From positions 1-31,627 of IMG/VR virus record IMGVR_UViG_3300042340_000306: a stretch of 31,627 nucleotides of DNA. The stretch is one strand, 5' to 3'. Shown piece after piece: positions 16,764 to 24,780 of this stretch (the stretch's first letter is position 1; every line of letters begins with the position of its first letter). Below the pieces are notes generated by a model, which worked only from the letters and a program-made list of their open reading frames with translations, did no database searches and was not told the origin of the DNA. Made by a program: the position numbers and the translations under genes. Origin of the DNA: a virus (Duplodnaviria > Caudoviricetes).

Positions 16764-18164
16764 ATGGATTGGAGACAGGACCCGCTCGGCTCCATTGAGC
16801 CGACGAAGGTTGCGCGGCGTGTCATGCAGGAACGATTCCGGGACTCCGGGGTGTACAGGTGGCGGAACGATTGGTGGGTCTGGCGGGACAACCGCTGGCT
16901 CGTCATGGACGACGAGAGGCTCAAGGACCTGATCTGGGTCTGCCTCGAGGACGCCGTCTGGGAGAAGCCCACCAGGAACGGGGTGGCGCTGGAGCGGTAC
17001 AGCCCGGACAAGCAGAAGATCGACGGGGTCGCCCGGGCGCTCGAGGCCCTGGTCAGGATTGACACGGAGCAGGTTCCGTGCTGGATTGGGACCCCGCTCG
17101 GGGACTTCGATCCGGGTACGACCATTGCGTTCGAAGATGTGCTGTTCAACGCGGCAACCGGCAAGACGATGCGGAGGCCGAAGAACTGGTTCGATCCGGC
17201 GGTCCTGCCGGTGAAGTACGACGAGTCAATCAAGTGCCCCAGGTGGGAGCAGGCCGTTGCCGAGTGGGGTGACGGCGATCCGCTGTGGGCTGAGTTGCTG
17301 GCACGGTGGATGGGCTATTGCTTGCTGGGGACTCGGAGGTATGCCCGGTGGATGCTCATGTACGGGAAGATCCGCGGGGGTAAGGGCACCATCTCTTCGG
17401 TGATCCGGAAGCTGATTGGTCGGGCTGCGTTCATGAGCAGCAGCCTCGAGGACCTGGCCGGCGAGTTCGGCATGGACGGGCTCGAGCGGTCCAAGGTGCT
17501 GAGCATCAACGAAGTGAATGAGGTGGACTCGAAGGCTGGGGAGCGGGTGTGCCGGGTGCTGAAGAACATCGTCGGGCAGGACCCGATGACGGTCAATGTG
17601 AAGCACCAGCGGCAGCAACGGAACGTGATCGTGAATGCGGCTCCCATGCTGCAGAGCAACGAGATCCCCGTGCTGCCGAATAAGGGCAGGGGGCTGAGTG
17701 GCAAGATGCTGGTTCTGCCCTTTGAGGTCAGCTTCGAGGGCAAGGAGGATCTGTGCCTGGAGGACCGGCTCGAGGCCGAGTTGCAGGGGATTGCCATGTG
17801 GGCCGCATGGGGTGCAAGGCGGCTACTGGCATCGGAGATGGATAAGAGGTGGCCGATTCCGGCTGCGGCCCAGGATGCGGTGCGGCTGTATCACCTGCAG
17901 AACAACCCGTTCGACTCGTTCCTCCATGCGCGGTTCGTGCAGAGGAAGGATGGGTTCGTGGCGAACGAGGTGGTGAAGGATCAGTGGGAGGACTGGCTGG
18001 AATCCAATAGGGTCAGGCTGCACGTCCCGGCTAACATGCTGTTCGTCAGAATCTGCCAGGAATCCAGCTGGGGACTCCGACAGATGCGGATGTCCGAAAG
18101 CCAGGGACACCAGCGCGGTATCTGCGGGCTCAGCCTCCGCAGGAACCAAGAAGACGAAGTTTAA
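16764..18164 (+). CDS. D5/P4-family SF3 helicase lacking an N-terminal primase domain (466 aa)
   Basis: Walker A GKIRGGKGT, Walker B SINEV, motif C LQSN. GAGGAG SD before ATG 16764. Confidence 0.85.
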   Translation: MDWRQDPLGSIEPTKVARRVMQERFRDSGVYRWRNDWWVWRDNRWLVMDDERLKDLIWVCLEDAVWEKPTRNGVALERYSPDKQKIDGVARALEALVRIDTEQVPCWIGTPLGDFDPGTTIAFEDVLFNAATGKTMRRPKNWFDPAVLPVKYDESIKCPRWEQAVAEWGDGDPLWAELLARWMGYCLLGTRRYARWMLMYGKIRGGKGTISSVIRKLIGRAAFMSSSLEDLAGEFGMDGLERSKVLSINEVNEVDSKAGERVCRVLKNIVGQDPMTVNVKHQRQQRNVIVNAAPMLQSNEIPVLPNKGRGLSGKMLVLPFEVSFEGKEDLCLEDRLEAELQGIAMWAAWGARRLLASEMDKRWPIPAAAQDAVRLYHLQNNPFDSFLHARFVQRKDGFVANEVVKDQWEDWLESNRVRLHVPANMLFVRICQESSWGLRQMRMSESQGHQRGICGLSLRRNQEDEV

Positions 18165-18260
18165 GTTCCACCGAGCTCCAATCCTGCCCCCCTGGTGCCC
18201 CCAAAGCCCAGGGGGGTTTCCTTTCGGGAACAGATGACGTACCAAGGATACCAACCTTTC

Positions 18261-18280
18261 TTTTCTCTACGTAGAGAAAA
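18261..18280. repeat. Perfect 20-bp palindrome in an AT-rich tract
   Basis: TTTTCTCTACGTAGAGAAAA equals its own reverse complement; followed by ATATATAGAGAAAGAGAGAAAGG. Confidence 0.9.
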
Positions 18281-18421
18281 ATATATAGAGAAAGAGAGAA
18301 AGGGGCGGAAGGGTCGGTTGGGGGAGAAAAAAATTTGAGAGGGGGAGGGTCTTTCCCCTGCTTCTACAACCCCCCTGTTGGGGGCCTACCGGGGGTAGGG
18401 TCTTTGACGTTGTCTACGCGA

Positions 18422-18614
18422 CGGGGTAGCCGCGGTCCGTTATCCGGACTCGAGAGTCGTAACTCTCGCTCCTGGCTGGGTTTACCTCACTACGTTGCAT
18501 GTAGTGAGCAATACCCCGCTCACCTGCTGCGATGCGTCGTTTGCTACGACGACCCATCACATCCGTTGTGCGACGAGTGGCGCGTGTCACCCGTGCACAA
18601 CAAGTCCGTAGCAA
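18422..18614 (+). other. Cluster of hairpins (structured leader or ncRNA candidate)
   Basis: At least six stems read directly from the sequence (listed in findings). Confidence 0.5.
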
Positions 18615-18644
18615 CGCCCACCTAGGGCAGAAAGGATCTTCGCC

Positions 18645-18938
18645 ATGAAGATCAACCTCTCCAGCACGTCCGCCACCGCCGCCTCCAAGACCGAGGAGCG
18701 CAAGTACGTGCCCACCGGCCGCATCGTGGAGGTCACCGTCACCAAGGTGATCCCCGAGAAGTCCAAGAAGGGCAACCCGTACTTCCTCATCCACGTCGAG
18801 GACGCGGAGGGCGGAACGTCCGATGGCTTGCTCGTCAACCTCTCCGGTCGCACGGAGATCGAGGTCGGCAGCAAGATCAACGTGGTCTGCACCCTCTCCC
18901 AGATCAAGGGCAAGTGGGATCGCAAGATCATCGTCTGA
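18645..18938 (+). CDS. Small OB-fold-like nucleic acid-binding protein (97 aa)
   Basis: Beta-strand pattern VEVTVTKV..SKKGNPYFLIHVED; good SD. Confidence 0.6.
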   Translation: MKINLSSTSATAASKTEERKYVPTGRIVEVTVTKVIPEKSKKGNPYFLIHVEDAEGGTSDGLLVNLSGRTEIEVGSKINVVCTLSQIKGKWDRKIIV

Positions 18939-18955
18939 CCGCGTGAGCGCGAGTC

Positions 18956-18983
18956 GGCGCACCTGTCTTCGGGCAGGTGCGCC
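18956..18983 (+). other. Intergenic hairpin with cUUCGg loop
   Basis: GGCGCACCTGTC-TTCG-GGCAGGTGCGCC with no clear U-tract. Confidence 0.75.
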
Positions 18984-19044
18984 CTCTCGTTCCCACTCGT
19001 CGTGAGAACGACACACCACGCCCACCAGGGCAGAAAGGCACTAC

Positions 19045-19362
19045 ATGACCAAGAGAACGAAGGAATTCCGCTGCTTGTACCTGCACATCGAGGCCACCAA
19101 GGTCGTCTCCGACTGCACAGTCGAAGATCAGATCGCATCAATGGCAATCGGTGGACACATCAACGCCAAGGAACTCCTGGAATTACAGAGCCACTACAGC
19201 AAGGCGTCACTCGCCCTGACCGAACTCAAGGCCATCGCACGCAGGATGGCCGACTTCGACAAGGCAGGCAACCCCGTCGACGACAAGCCGCACGGCTCCC
19301 GCGACACCTTCGTCCCTCACCCCAACGAGGAGCCCGAGCACTACAACGCCATGCAGGACTGA
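19045..19362 (+). CDS. Hypothetical early protein (105 aa)
   Basis: CAGAAAGG SD and C-ending codon bias. Confidence 0.75.
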   Translation: MTKRTKEFRCLYLHIEATKVVSDCTVEDQIASMAIGGHINAKELLELQSHYSKASLALTELKAIARRMADFDKAGNPVDDKPHGSRDTFVPHPNEEPEHYNAMQD

Positions 19363-19460
19363 GTCGTCGAGTCACCCCACCAGATGCGACCTGGTGGGCA
19401 CTCTCGTCCACTCAGGACAACCGCAGCCAGTCGGACCACTGGCACAGAAAGGACTGACAG

Positions 19461-19679
19461 ATGCACAACCCGCTCACTGACACCATCATGGTCTCGATCC
19501 CCAAGAACGACCTGCTGCCCGTCTGCAAGGCACTCGTCATTGGCATCCGCAGCAGGGCGGACGACTGGGACCACCACATCGTCGGCGCAGGACTCAAGAA
19601 CAACGACCTCTGCAAAGACCTGCACGCGATGACCGAGCTCCTGTGCCAGTGCCACAACAAGCTCCGCAACAACTCCTAA
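19461..19679 (+). CDS. Hypothetical early protein (72 aa)
   Basis: CAGAAAGGA SD and codon bias. Confidence 0.7.
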   Translation: MHNPLTDTIMVSIPKNDLLPVCKALVIGIRSRADDWDHHIVGAGLKNNDLCKDLHAMTELLCQCHNKLRNNS

Positions 19680-19739
19680 GGACCCCACGATGTCGGCAAA
19701 CGGCTACTGCCAAGACTACTTCACCAAGAAAGGAACAGC

Positions 19740-20036
19740 ATGTCCAGACACACAGTGATTGACAACGATGGCCAGACATATGTCTATGGCTTTGACCGCC
19801 CCACCAACCAGTACTTCCTGGACCACGTCAAAGCCTCGTCCGACCCCGACGAGGACGGCGTCTACCAACCCATTGTTGGCTTCAACGCGCCAGATCCACT
19901 CTGGCGTCGCGGAACGGCGGCTGACATGATGAACGCCATGGGGCAGCGTGAGATCCTCAGCCTCATCCCATTCACTCACGCATACGCAATCTCGATGGAC
20001 CTTCCCATCCCCGAGAAGAACCGCACCCCTGAATGA
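19740..20036 (+). CDS. Hypothetical early protein (98 aa)
   Basis: AGAAAGGA SD and protein-like composition. Confidence 0.75.
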   Translation: MSRHTVIDNDGQTYVYGFDRPTNQYFLDHVKASSDPDEDGVYQPIVGFNAPDPLWRRGTAADMMNAMGQREILSLIPFTHAYAISMDLPIPEKNRTPE

Positions 20037-20052
20037 GAAAGGAGACACGCTC

Positions 20053-20103
20053 ATGGACGACATCCTCGACATCATGGAAGAGAAGCGCGAGAAGATTCGC
20101 TGA
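20053..20103 (+). CDS. Candidate mini-protein (16 aa, MDDILDIMEEKREKIR)
   Basis: Strong AGAAAGGAG SD, in-pattern codons, followed by a hairpin like the other early genes. Confidence 0.45.
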   Translation: MDDILDIMEEKREKIR

Positions 20104-20199
20104 GTGCCAACTATCCGGTGGCACTCGACATGACCGGCGCCCGGCGGGGGATGCGCGTTGCGCCCCCGCCGGCGCCCATCACACTCACAAAGGAACAGA

Positions 20200-20376
20200 A
20201 TGAAAGTCAAGGCGATCATCACCATCGTCCGCAACGACAGCACCCACTCCCTCCACCTCGAGGGAGACTCCAAGTACGAGGTCAACCGCCAGATCAACAC
20301 CTACGTCCGCAACATGCGTGACACCGGACTCTACGCCCACAACGACGAACTCATCGTCGAATGGCCGCACGACTGA
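20200..20376 (+). CDS. Hypothetical early protein (58 aa)
   Basis: AAAGGA SD before ATG 20200. Confidence 0.7.
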   Translation: MKVKAIITIVRNDSTHSLHLEGDSKYEVNRQINTYVRNMRDTGLYAHNDELIVEWPHD

Positions 20377-20446
20377 ACGGCGGTCGTGCTCGTCGCCGTC
20401 CTTCGGGCGGCTCCTCGCACTCCTCGCCTCATCCCAAAGGAAGAAC

Positions 20447-20653
20447 ATGGCAGAAAAGAAGACCAACCTCGAGATGATCAGGCTGTGCATCCAGCGCGCC
20501 AACGCACTGGAGCTCACGACCAGGTCGATCATCAGCAACACCGAGTTCGACACCGAATCTCAGAAGACATACTTCGAGGATCGACTCAGGGACAACTCGT
20601 CCCAGACAATCGCACTCCTGAGCTGGCTCGACGAATTGAACACCAAGGCCTGA
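20447..20653 (+). CDS. Hypothetical early protein (68 aa)
   Basis: AAAGGA SD before ATG 20447. Confidence 0.7.
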   Translation: MAEKKTNLEMIRLCIQRANALELTTRSIISNTEFDTESQKTYFEDRLRDNSSQTIALLSWLDELNTKA

Positions 20654-20777
20654 CCAGGCCACACAGACCACAACCGCAGCACTGCGCTGCGGGACGGGGC
20701 GTCCGCAGCGCGTGCTGCTGACGTAGTTACTTTCTCATTACAAATCTGCAATAAGCAGAAGAAGGATTGGAACCCTC

Positions 20778-21380
20778 ATGAAGATCGCTCTCAGCAACAT
20801 CACCGCCGCTCGCCTCCGCAACGCTGCCAACGAGATCAACTCGGACCGCATGCCGACCGGACGGTACGGGTTCACCGTGACCAAGGTCGTCTTCTCCGAC
20901 AAGGAGAACGACATGGCTCTCTACGTGAACTACACCGTGCACGGCAACAGCGGCATGAGCAAGCAGATGTCCGTGCGCTGTGAGCCCCAGATGTCTGACG
21001 ACAACGTCAACTTCGCTCGCAACTACGCATCTGTTGCGACGATCAGCAGCCTGCTGAACGCTGCCAAGCCCGACTCGGGCAAGCAGTTCCTCAGCATGGT
21101 TGCTGCTGCCAAGGTGGCCTTCACCACCGGGCAGGACGAGGCGTTCGTCGCAGCCATCACCAGCCTGGTCAACATGACCGACGGGCTGTCGGGCCTCAAC
21201 TTCACCGGCTACTTCGAGTGGAACACCTCGAAGAAGGACGGCAAGAAGTACTTCAACCTGCGCAACGAGAAGGGCAACGCTGTCCAGGCCATCAGCCTGG
21301 ACAACGTGCGTGAGCCCGTCACCGAGTCCGCGGAACAGGAGCGCCAGCCCAAGCGCAACCTGACCGCAGTCAAGCGCTAA
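20778..21380 (+). CDS. Putative ssDNA-binding protein, DUF669-like OB fold (200 aa)
   Basis: MPTGRYGFTVTKV and SKKDGKKYFNL motifs; strongly biased codons suggesting high expression. Confidence 0.55.
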   Translation: MKIALSNITAARLRNAANEINSDRMPTGRYGFTVTKVVFSDKENDMALYVNYTVHGNSGMSKQMSVRCEPQMSDDNVNFARNYASVATISSLLNAAKPDSGKQFLSMVAAAKVAFTTGQDEAFVAAITSLVNMTDGLSGLNFTGYFEWNTSKKDGKKYFNLRNEKGNAVQAISLDNVREPVTESAEQERQPKRNLTAVKR

Positions 21381-21484
21381 CCAACAACCCATCCGCTCGC
21401 CAGGTGGGGTTCGTCCGAAGTGACAGCCCCACCTGCTGAGCGCGTATCTCACCCATGACTGAAGCAGAAAGCAGAAAGGAAACA

Positions 21485-22099
21485 ATGACCGACATCCACG
21501 ACAGCATGCTCCTCGAGACCATGGCAGCGCATCTGCCCATGTCATCCTCCTTCGTTCGTCAGAACCGGTGGGAGGCCGACGTCTCCGAGACCCTGTCCGT
21601 CCACCTCTGCAAGGAGGACGAGGACGGCAAGGCCATCGACGACTTCGACTCCACGCAGGAACTCGACGCACACGGGATCACAGATGACGGACGCCATATG
21701 CGCACCATCTACGAGCAGCTCGACGAGCACATCGGTGGCCCGCTGTACCCCACCAACCGTGCAGGCCAGGTCGACTGGCACGAGCACACGATCCGCATGG
21801 CCCAGCACAAGGCATGGGAGATGATCCTCCGTGCCGAAGGCTTGTCCATGTCCGCCGGCAAGTTGCGCCAGCCACAGCATGCGCAGCCCCAGCCCGAGAC
21901 CGCAGTCGACGCTGCCGCAGACTCGCAACCCATCCTCGAGGCCATCGTCAATGGCTTCGGGCGCACCACCCCAGACTCCATCCGCACCCGCATCGTCAGC
22001 GCATACCGCATCGACCGCATCATCACCCACTCTCGTGGCGTGACGGTCGACCAGACCACCCAGACCTGGGTCCACTGCGGCACCGCCATCAAGGAGTAA
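21485..22099 (+). CDS. Hypothetical protein (204 aa)
   Basis: GCAGAAAGGA SD before ATG 21485. Confidence 0.75.
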   Translation: MTDIHDSMLLETMAAHLPMSSSFVRQNRWEADVSETLSVHLCKEDEDGKAIDDFDSTQELDAHGITDDGRHMRTIYEQLDEHIGGPLYPTNRAGQVDWHEHTIRMAQHKAWEMILRAEGLSMSAGKLRQPQHAQPQPETAVDAAADSQPILEAIVNGFGRTTPDSIRTRIVSAYRIDRIITHSRGVTVDQTTQTWVHCGTAIKE

Positions 22100-22101
22100 C
22101 C

Positions 22102-22443
22102 ATGCCAATCACCATCATCACCCGTCGGCAGAAGGGCGTCCTCGTTGAGGCGTCCCTTCTGCCAGCCATGCTCTCCATGCTGCGCTCTCAGTTCATCGAC
22201 GGCACGAGCGCAGTCGAGACCAGTTTCACATACCCCGACTCGGCACATGGCACCGACCAGGCACAGCGCCATTGGTCATCGCTCTCCGAACAGATGAAGT
22301 CCGAAGTCAAGCGATCCGGTGTCTCATGCCGCATCGAAGGCTGGTCATCCAACGTCGAGTACATCCTCGGCATCGACATGGAACCGCCGGCCCGTCTCGT
22401 TGACGTCGGCGACTGCACTCTCATCGACGACCTCCGCATCTAA
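22102..22443 (+). CDS. Hypothetical protein (113 aa)
   Basis: AAGGAG SD before ATG 22102. Confidence 0.7.
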   Translation: MPITIITRRQKGVLVEASLLPAMLSMLRSQFIDGTSAVETSFTYPDSAHGTDQAQRHWSSLSEQMKSEVKRSGVSCRIEGWSSNVEYILGIDMEPPARLVDVGDCTLIDDLRI

Positions 22444-22451
22444 GGAACCAC

Positions 22452-23249
22452 ATGTCAACTCTCTACCTCCACGCTGGCGCAATCCCCGCAAACCGCACCG
22501 ACCTGTCCGTCATCGAACCACCCCAGCCCACGGACACGTGGCACCCACTCTCGCACTACGACTTCGCCACCTCCATCATCGACACCCTCCACTTCATGGG
22601 TGCCACCATCACCTCCGAGAACTACGGCATCAAGGAGGGAGAAACGGGAGCCGACGAGTTCTACGGGCTCATCGAGTTCGAGCATGAGAAGCTCAACATC
22701 CCTGAGGGCAAGTCACTCGGTCTCGGCATCCGCAACTCGTGGATCAAGCGCTTCCCTGCCGCTGGCATTCTGTCCCAGAAGACCATGGTCTGCGACAACC
22801 AGGCCTTCGCCGGCACCGATGCGTTCCACTTCAACCGCAAGAACACGCCCGGCCTCTCCAAGCAGCTGCCCCAGATCATGGCCTCAGCCATGATGAACTT
22901 CCTCCACTCAGCCAAGTCCTTCCTCCGCTCGCACGCAGCGATGGACACGCACTACCTGAAGGACATCTTCGAGACCGACCACGAGAACGTCGCCGTCGAC
23001 CATGTCTGCGTCGAACTCGCCGCCCACGAGGCCGTCTCGTGGCGCAACGTCCGCCGTCTCCGCGAGGAGATCACCCGACCTGACGGACCCGGCGGATTCT
23101 TCCCCCGCGAGTCCCGCGACATCCACTTCGGCGACGTGCTCAACGCCGTGACCGAGGTCGAGAAGCTCTCGCTCAGTCCCATCTCCACGCCCGAGCGCAT
23201 GTCCCGTGCCCACAACATCCTCACCCACATGATCGAGGTCGCCACATGA
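22452..23249 (+). CDS. DUF932-like protein (265 aa)
   Basis: PTDTWHPLSH, LGIRNS and MVCDNQAF motifs. Confidence 0.7.
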   Translation: MSTLYLHAGAIPANRTDLSVIEPPQPTDTWHPLSHYDFATSIIDTLHFMGATITSENYGIKEGETGADEFYGLIEFEHEKLNIPEGKSLGLGIRNSWIKRFPAAGILSQKTMVCDNQAFAGTDAFHFNRKNTPGLSKQLPQIMASAMMNFLHSAKSFLRSHAAMDTHYLKDIFETDHENVAVDHVCVELAAHEAVSWRNVRRLREEITRPDGPGGFFPRESRDIHFGDVLNAVTEVEKLSLSPISTPERMSRAHNILTHMIEVAT

Positions 23250-23608
23250 AGGGACGCAAGAACACCGAGCACACGTTCATGTTCGAGTCCGACAAGCACG
23301 GAACCCTGGCCCTCTCCTACGAACTCTCCATCATCCGCCACAAGGAGCGACTCGAGGACGGGCGCACGATCTTCACCCCCTCATACAACGCCGGCCTCTA
23401 CCTCGCCTCGCTGACCCCACCATCAGGCACCCGAGCCATGACCTGGACGTTCGGCTCGGGCAAGGACATGGACGGGCGCATCAAGACCGCGCTCAAGGAC
23501 CTCGGACCCGAGATCGACGAGGCCATCCAGGAATGGGCAGACAAGACCGTCAACGACCCGCACTTTGAAGGAAACCACGATGCCGACCCCCGTGACCCCA
23601 CTGACTGA
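23246..23608 (+). CDS. Hypothetical protein (120 aa)
   Basis: ATGA coupling to the upstream gene; codon bias. Confidence 0.7.
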   Translation: MKGRKNTEHTFMFESDKHGTLALSYELSIIRHKERLEDGRTIFTPSYNAGLYLASLTPPSGTRAMTWTFGSGKDMDGRIKTALKDLGPEIDEAIQEWADKTVNDPHFEGNHDADPRDPTD

Positions 23609-24023
23609 CGCATTCGTCACCGACGTCCGAACCACCTTCGCCGACCCCAAGCTCGAGGTCCGCTTCGTCTACAACGGAGCGGGCGACGACGGCTGGTTCG
23701 ACGACTGGACCATCAACTTCACCGACGACAACCTCTCCTCGTGGCACGCCGAACACGTCGAGTCGAAGGGAGGCATCAGCTGGAACGGGGATCCCATGCC
23801 CCCTTCCACCGTCGAACGCGCAGCCAAGATGATCGCGCTCCGCAATCGGCACGACATCAGCGCCATCTACCGTGAGCTCGGCGTCATCCTGTGCAAGCGG
23901 TACCCAGGATGGGAGATCGACGACGGTGGCTCAGGCGCCTTCGTCTTCTGCGCCGACGGCGCCCGCAAGCACGAGCACACCACCAACGTCACCACCTACG
24001 AAGACGAGGAGCAGCCCTTCTGA
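23580..24023 (+). CDS. DUF6878-like protein (147 aa)
   Basis: YNGAGDDG and YPGWEIDDGGSGAF motifs; AAGGA SD. Confidence 0.65.
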   Translation: MPTPVTPLTDAFVTDVRTTFADPKLEVRFVYNGAGDDGWFDDWTINFTDDNLSSWHAEHVESKGGISWNGDPMPPSTVERAAKMIALRNRHDISAIYRELGVILCKRYPGWEIDDGGSGAFVFCADGARKHEHTTNVTTYEDEEQPF

Positions 24024-24409
24024 TGCACCCCCACCACCACGCCCTGTCATCCGCCAAGAAGCACGGCGGCAAGCCCGACGACTACGAGTTCATCCACTCC
24101 TGGTTCGACGAGACCAAGGCATTCTTCGGCGACGCCCGTCACCGTGCGCTCCGGCACCACACCGCCGGCATCTTCTGGTGCGAGAAGGAATTCGGCACCA
24201 CCATCACCAACAGCCTCAACAAGCAGGTCCCCACCCGCCTGATCGCGGAGCAGCACGTCATGGAGGACATGGGATTCCTGCCCACCCCCGAGTGGTGGCT
24301 GTCCCGCATGTCCCTCGTTCCCGAGATGAACCGTGTCCCCGTCCGTTCCTCAGACGTCGAAGACCTGCAGCGCGCAGTCGCCGTCGCACTCTACAAGGGA
24401 GAAGGCTGA
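24023..24409 (+). CDS. DUF6915-like His-rich protein (128 aa)
   Basis: MHPHHHALSSAKKHGG..DY..IHSWFDETK..RHRALRHH..GIF..EQHVMED; TGATG coupling. Confidence 0.8.
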   Translation: MHPHHHALSSAKKHGGKPDDYEFIHSWFDETKAFFGDARHRALRHHTAGIFWCEKEFGTTITNSLNKQVPTRLIAEQHVMEDMGFLPTPEWWLSRMSLVPEMNRVPVRSSDVEDLQRAVAVALYKGEG

Positions 24410-24780
24410 TGCCCACCGTCCAGTTCACCAACATCCCCGACCTCACCGCCATCGTCGCCCACTTCGACCAGCACCCTAACGCCCAGCTCTTCCTCGTCCA
24501 CGACCAGGGCATCTACCTCATGCCTGCATCGCCCACCTTCAAGAACGAGACCACCAAGGAGGGAAGCAACTGGGTCACCTACGCGAAGGACTGCAACCCC
24601 AACACCGACGAAGAATGGTACGACAATGCCCGTCACCTGGTGGGTGGCGACGACTTCGGCGAGAACGTCACCGCCTCGATCAACGTCATCCGAACGTGCG
24701 CAAAGGAAGGCAAGACCTTCTCGATCCGCATCGCACCCACGTCCCTCACCTTCGGCGTCGGCCGGAAAGTCAAGGCATGA
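24409..24780 (+). CDS. DUF3085-like protein (123 aa)
   Basis: LVHDQGIYLM, YAKDCNP and GGDDFGE motifs; TGATG coupling. Confidence 0.8.
   Translation: MPTVQFTNIPDLTAIVAHFDQHPNAQLFLVHDQGIYLMPASPTFKNETTKEGSNWVTYAKDCNPNTDEEWYDNARHLVGGDDFGENVTASINVIRTCAKEGKTFSIRIAPTSLTFGVGRKVKA

Larger units (their letters stand above)
18614..19038 (+). repeat. Direct repeat ACGCCCACC(T)AGGGCAGAAAGG upstream of the first two early genes
   Basis: Copies at 18614-18635 and 19018-19038, each ending in an SD-like AAAGG. Confidence 0.85.

Noticed and set aside
18404-18432. TTGACG as the -35 of an early promoter
   Set aside because: The hexamer at 17-nt spacing (TAGCCG) is a poor -10, so it cannot be supported.
18422-18518. 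Cloverleaf-like fold suggesting a tRNA
   Set aside because: No TTCRA T-loop, no 7-nt anticodon loop and no CCA; kept only as a generic structured element.
18940-21445. Intergenic hairpins as integron attC sites or CRISPR repeats
   Set aside because: No RYYYAAC/GTTRRRY boxes, no integrase or cas gene, and the stems differ in sequence and spacing.
23872-24776. Upstream extensions of ORF-track calls (302-aa, 172-aa and 284-aa versions)
   Set aside because: The extensions overlap real genes in other frames; coupled starts at 24023, 24409 and 24777 fit better.
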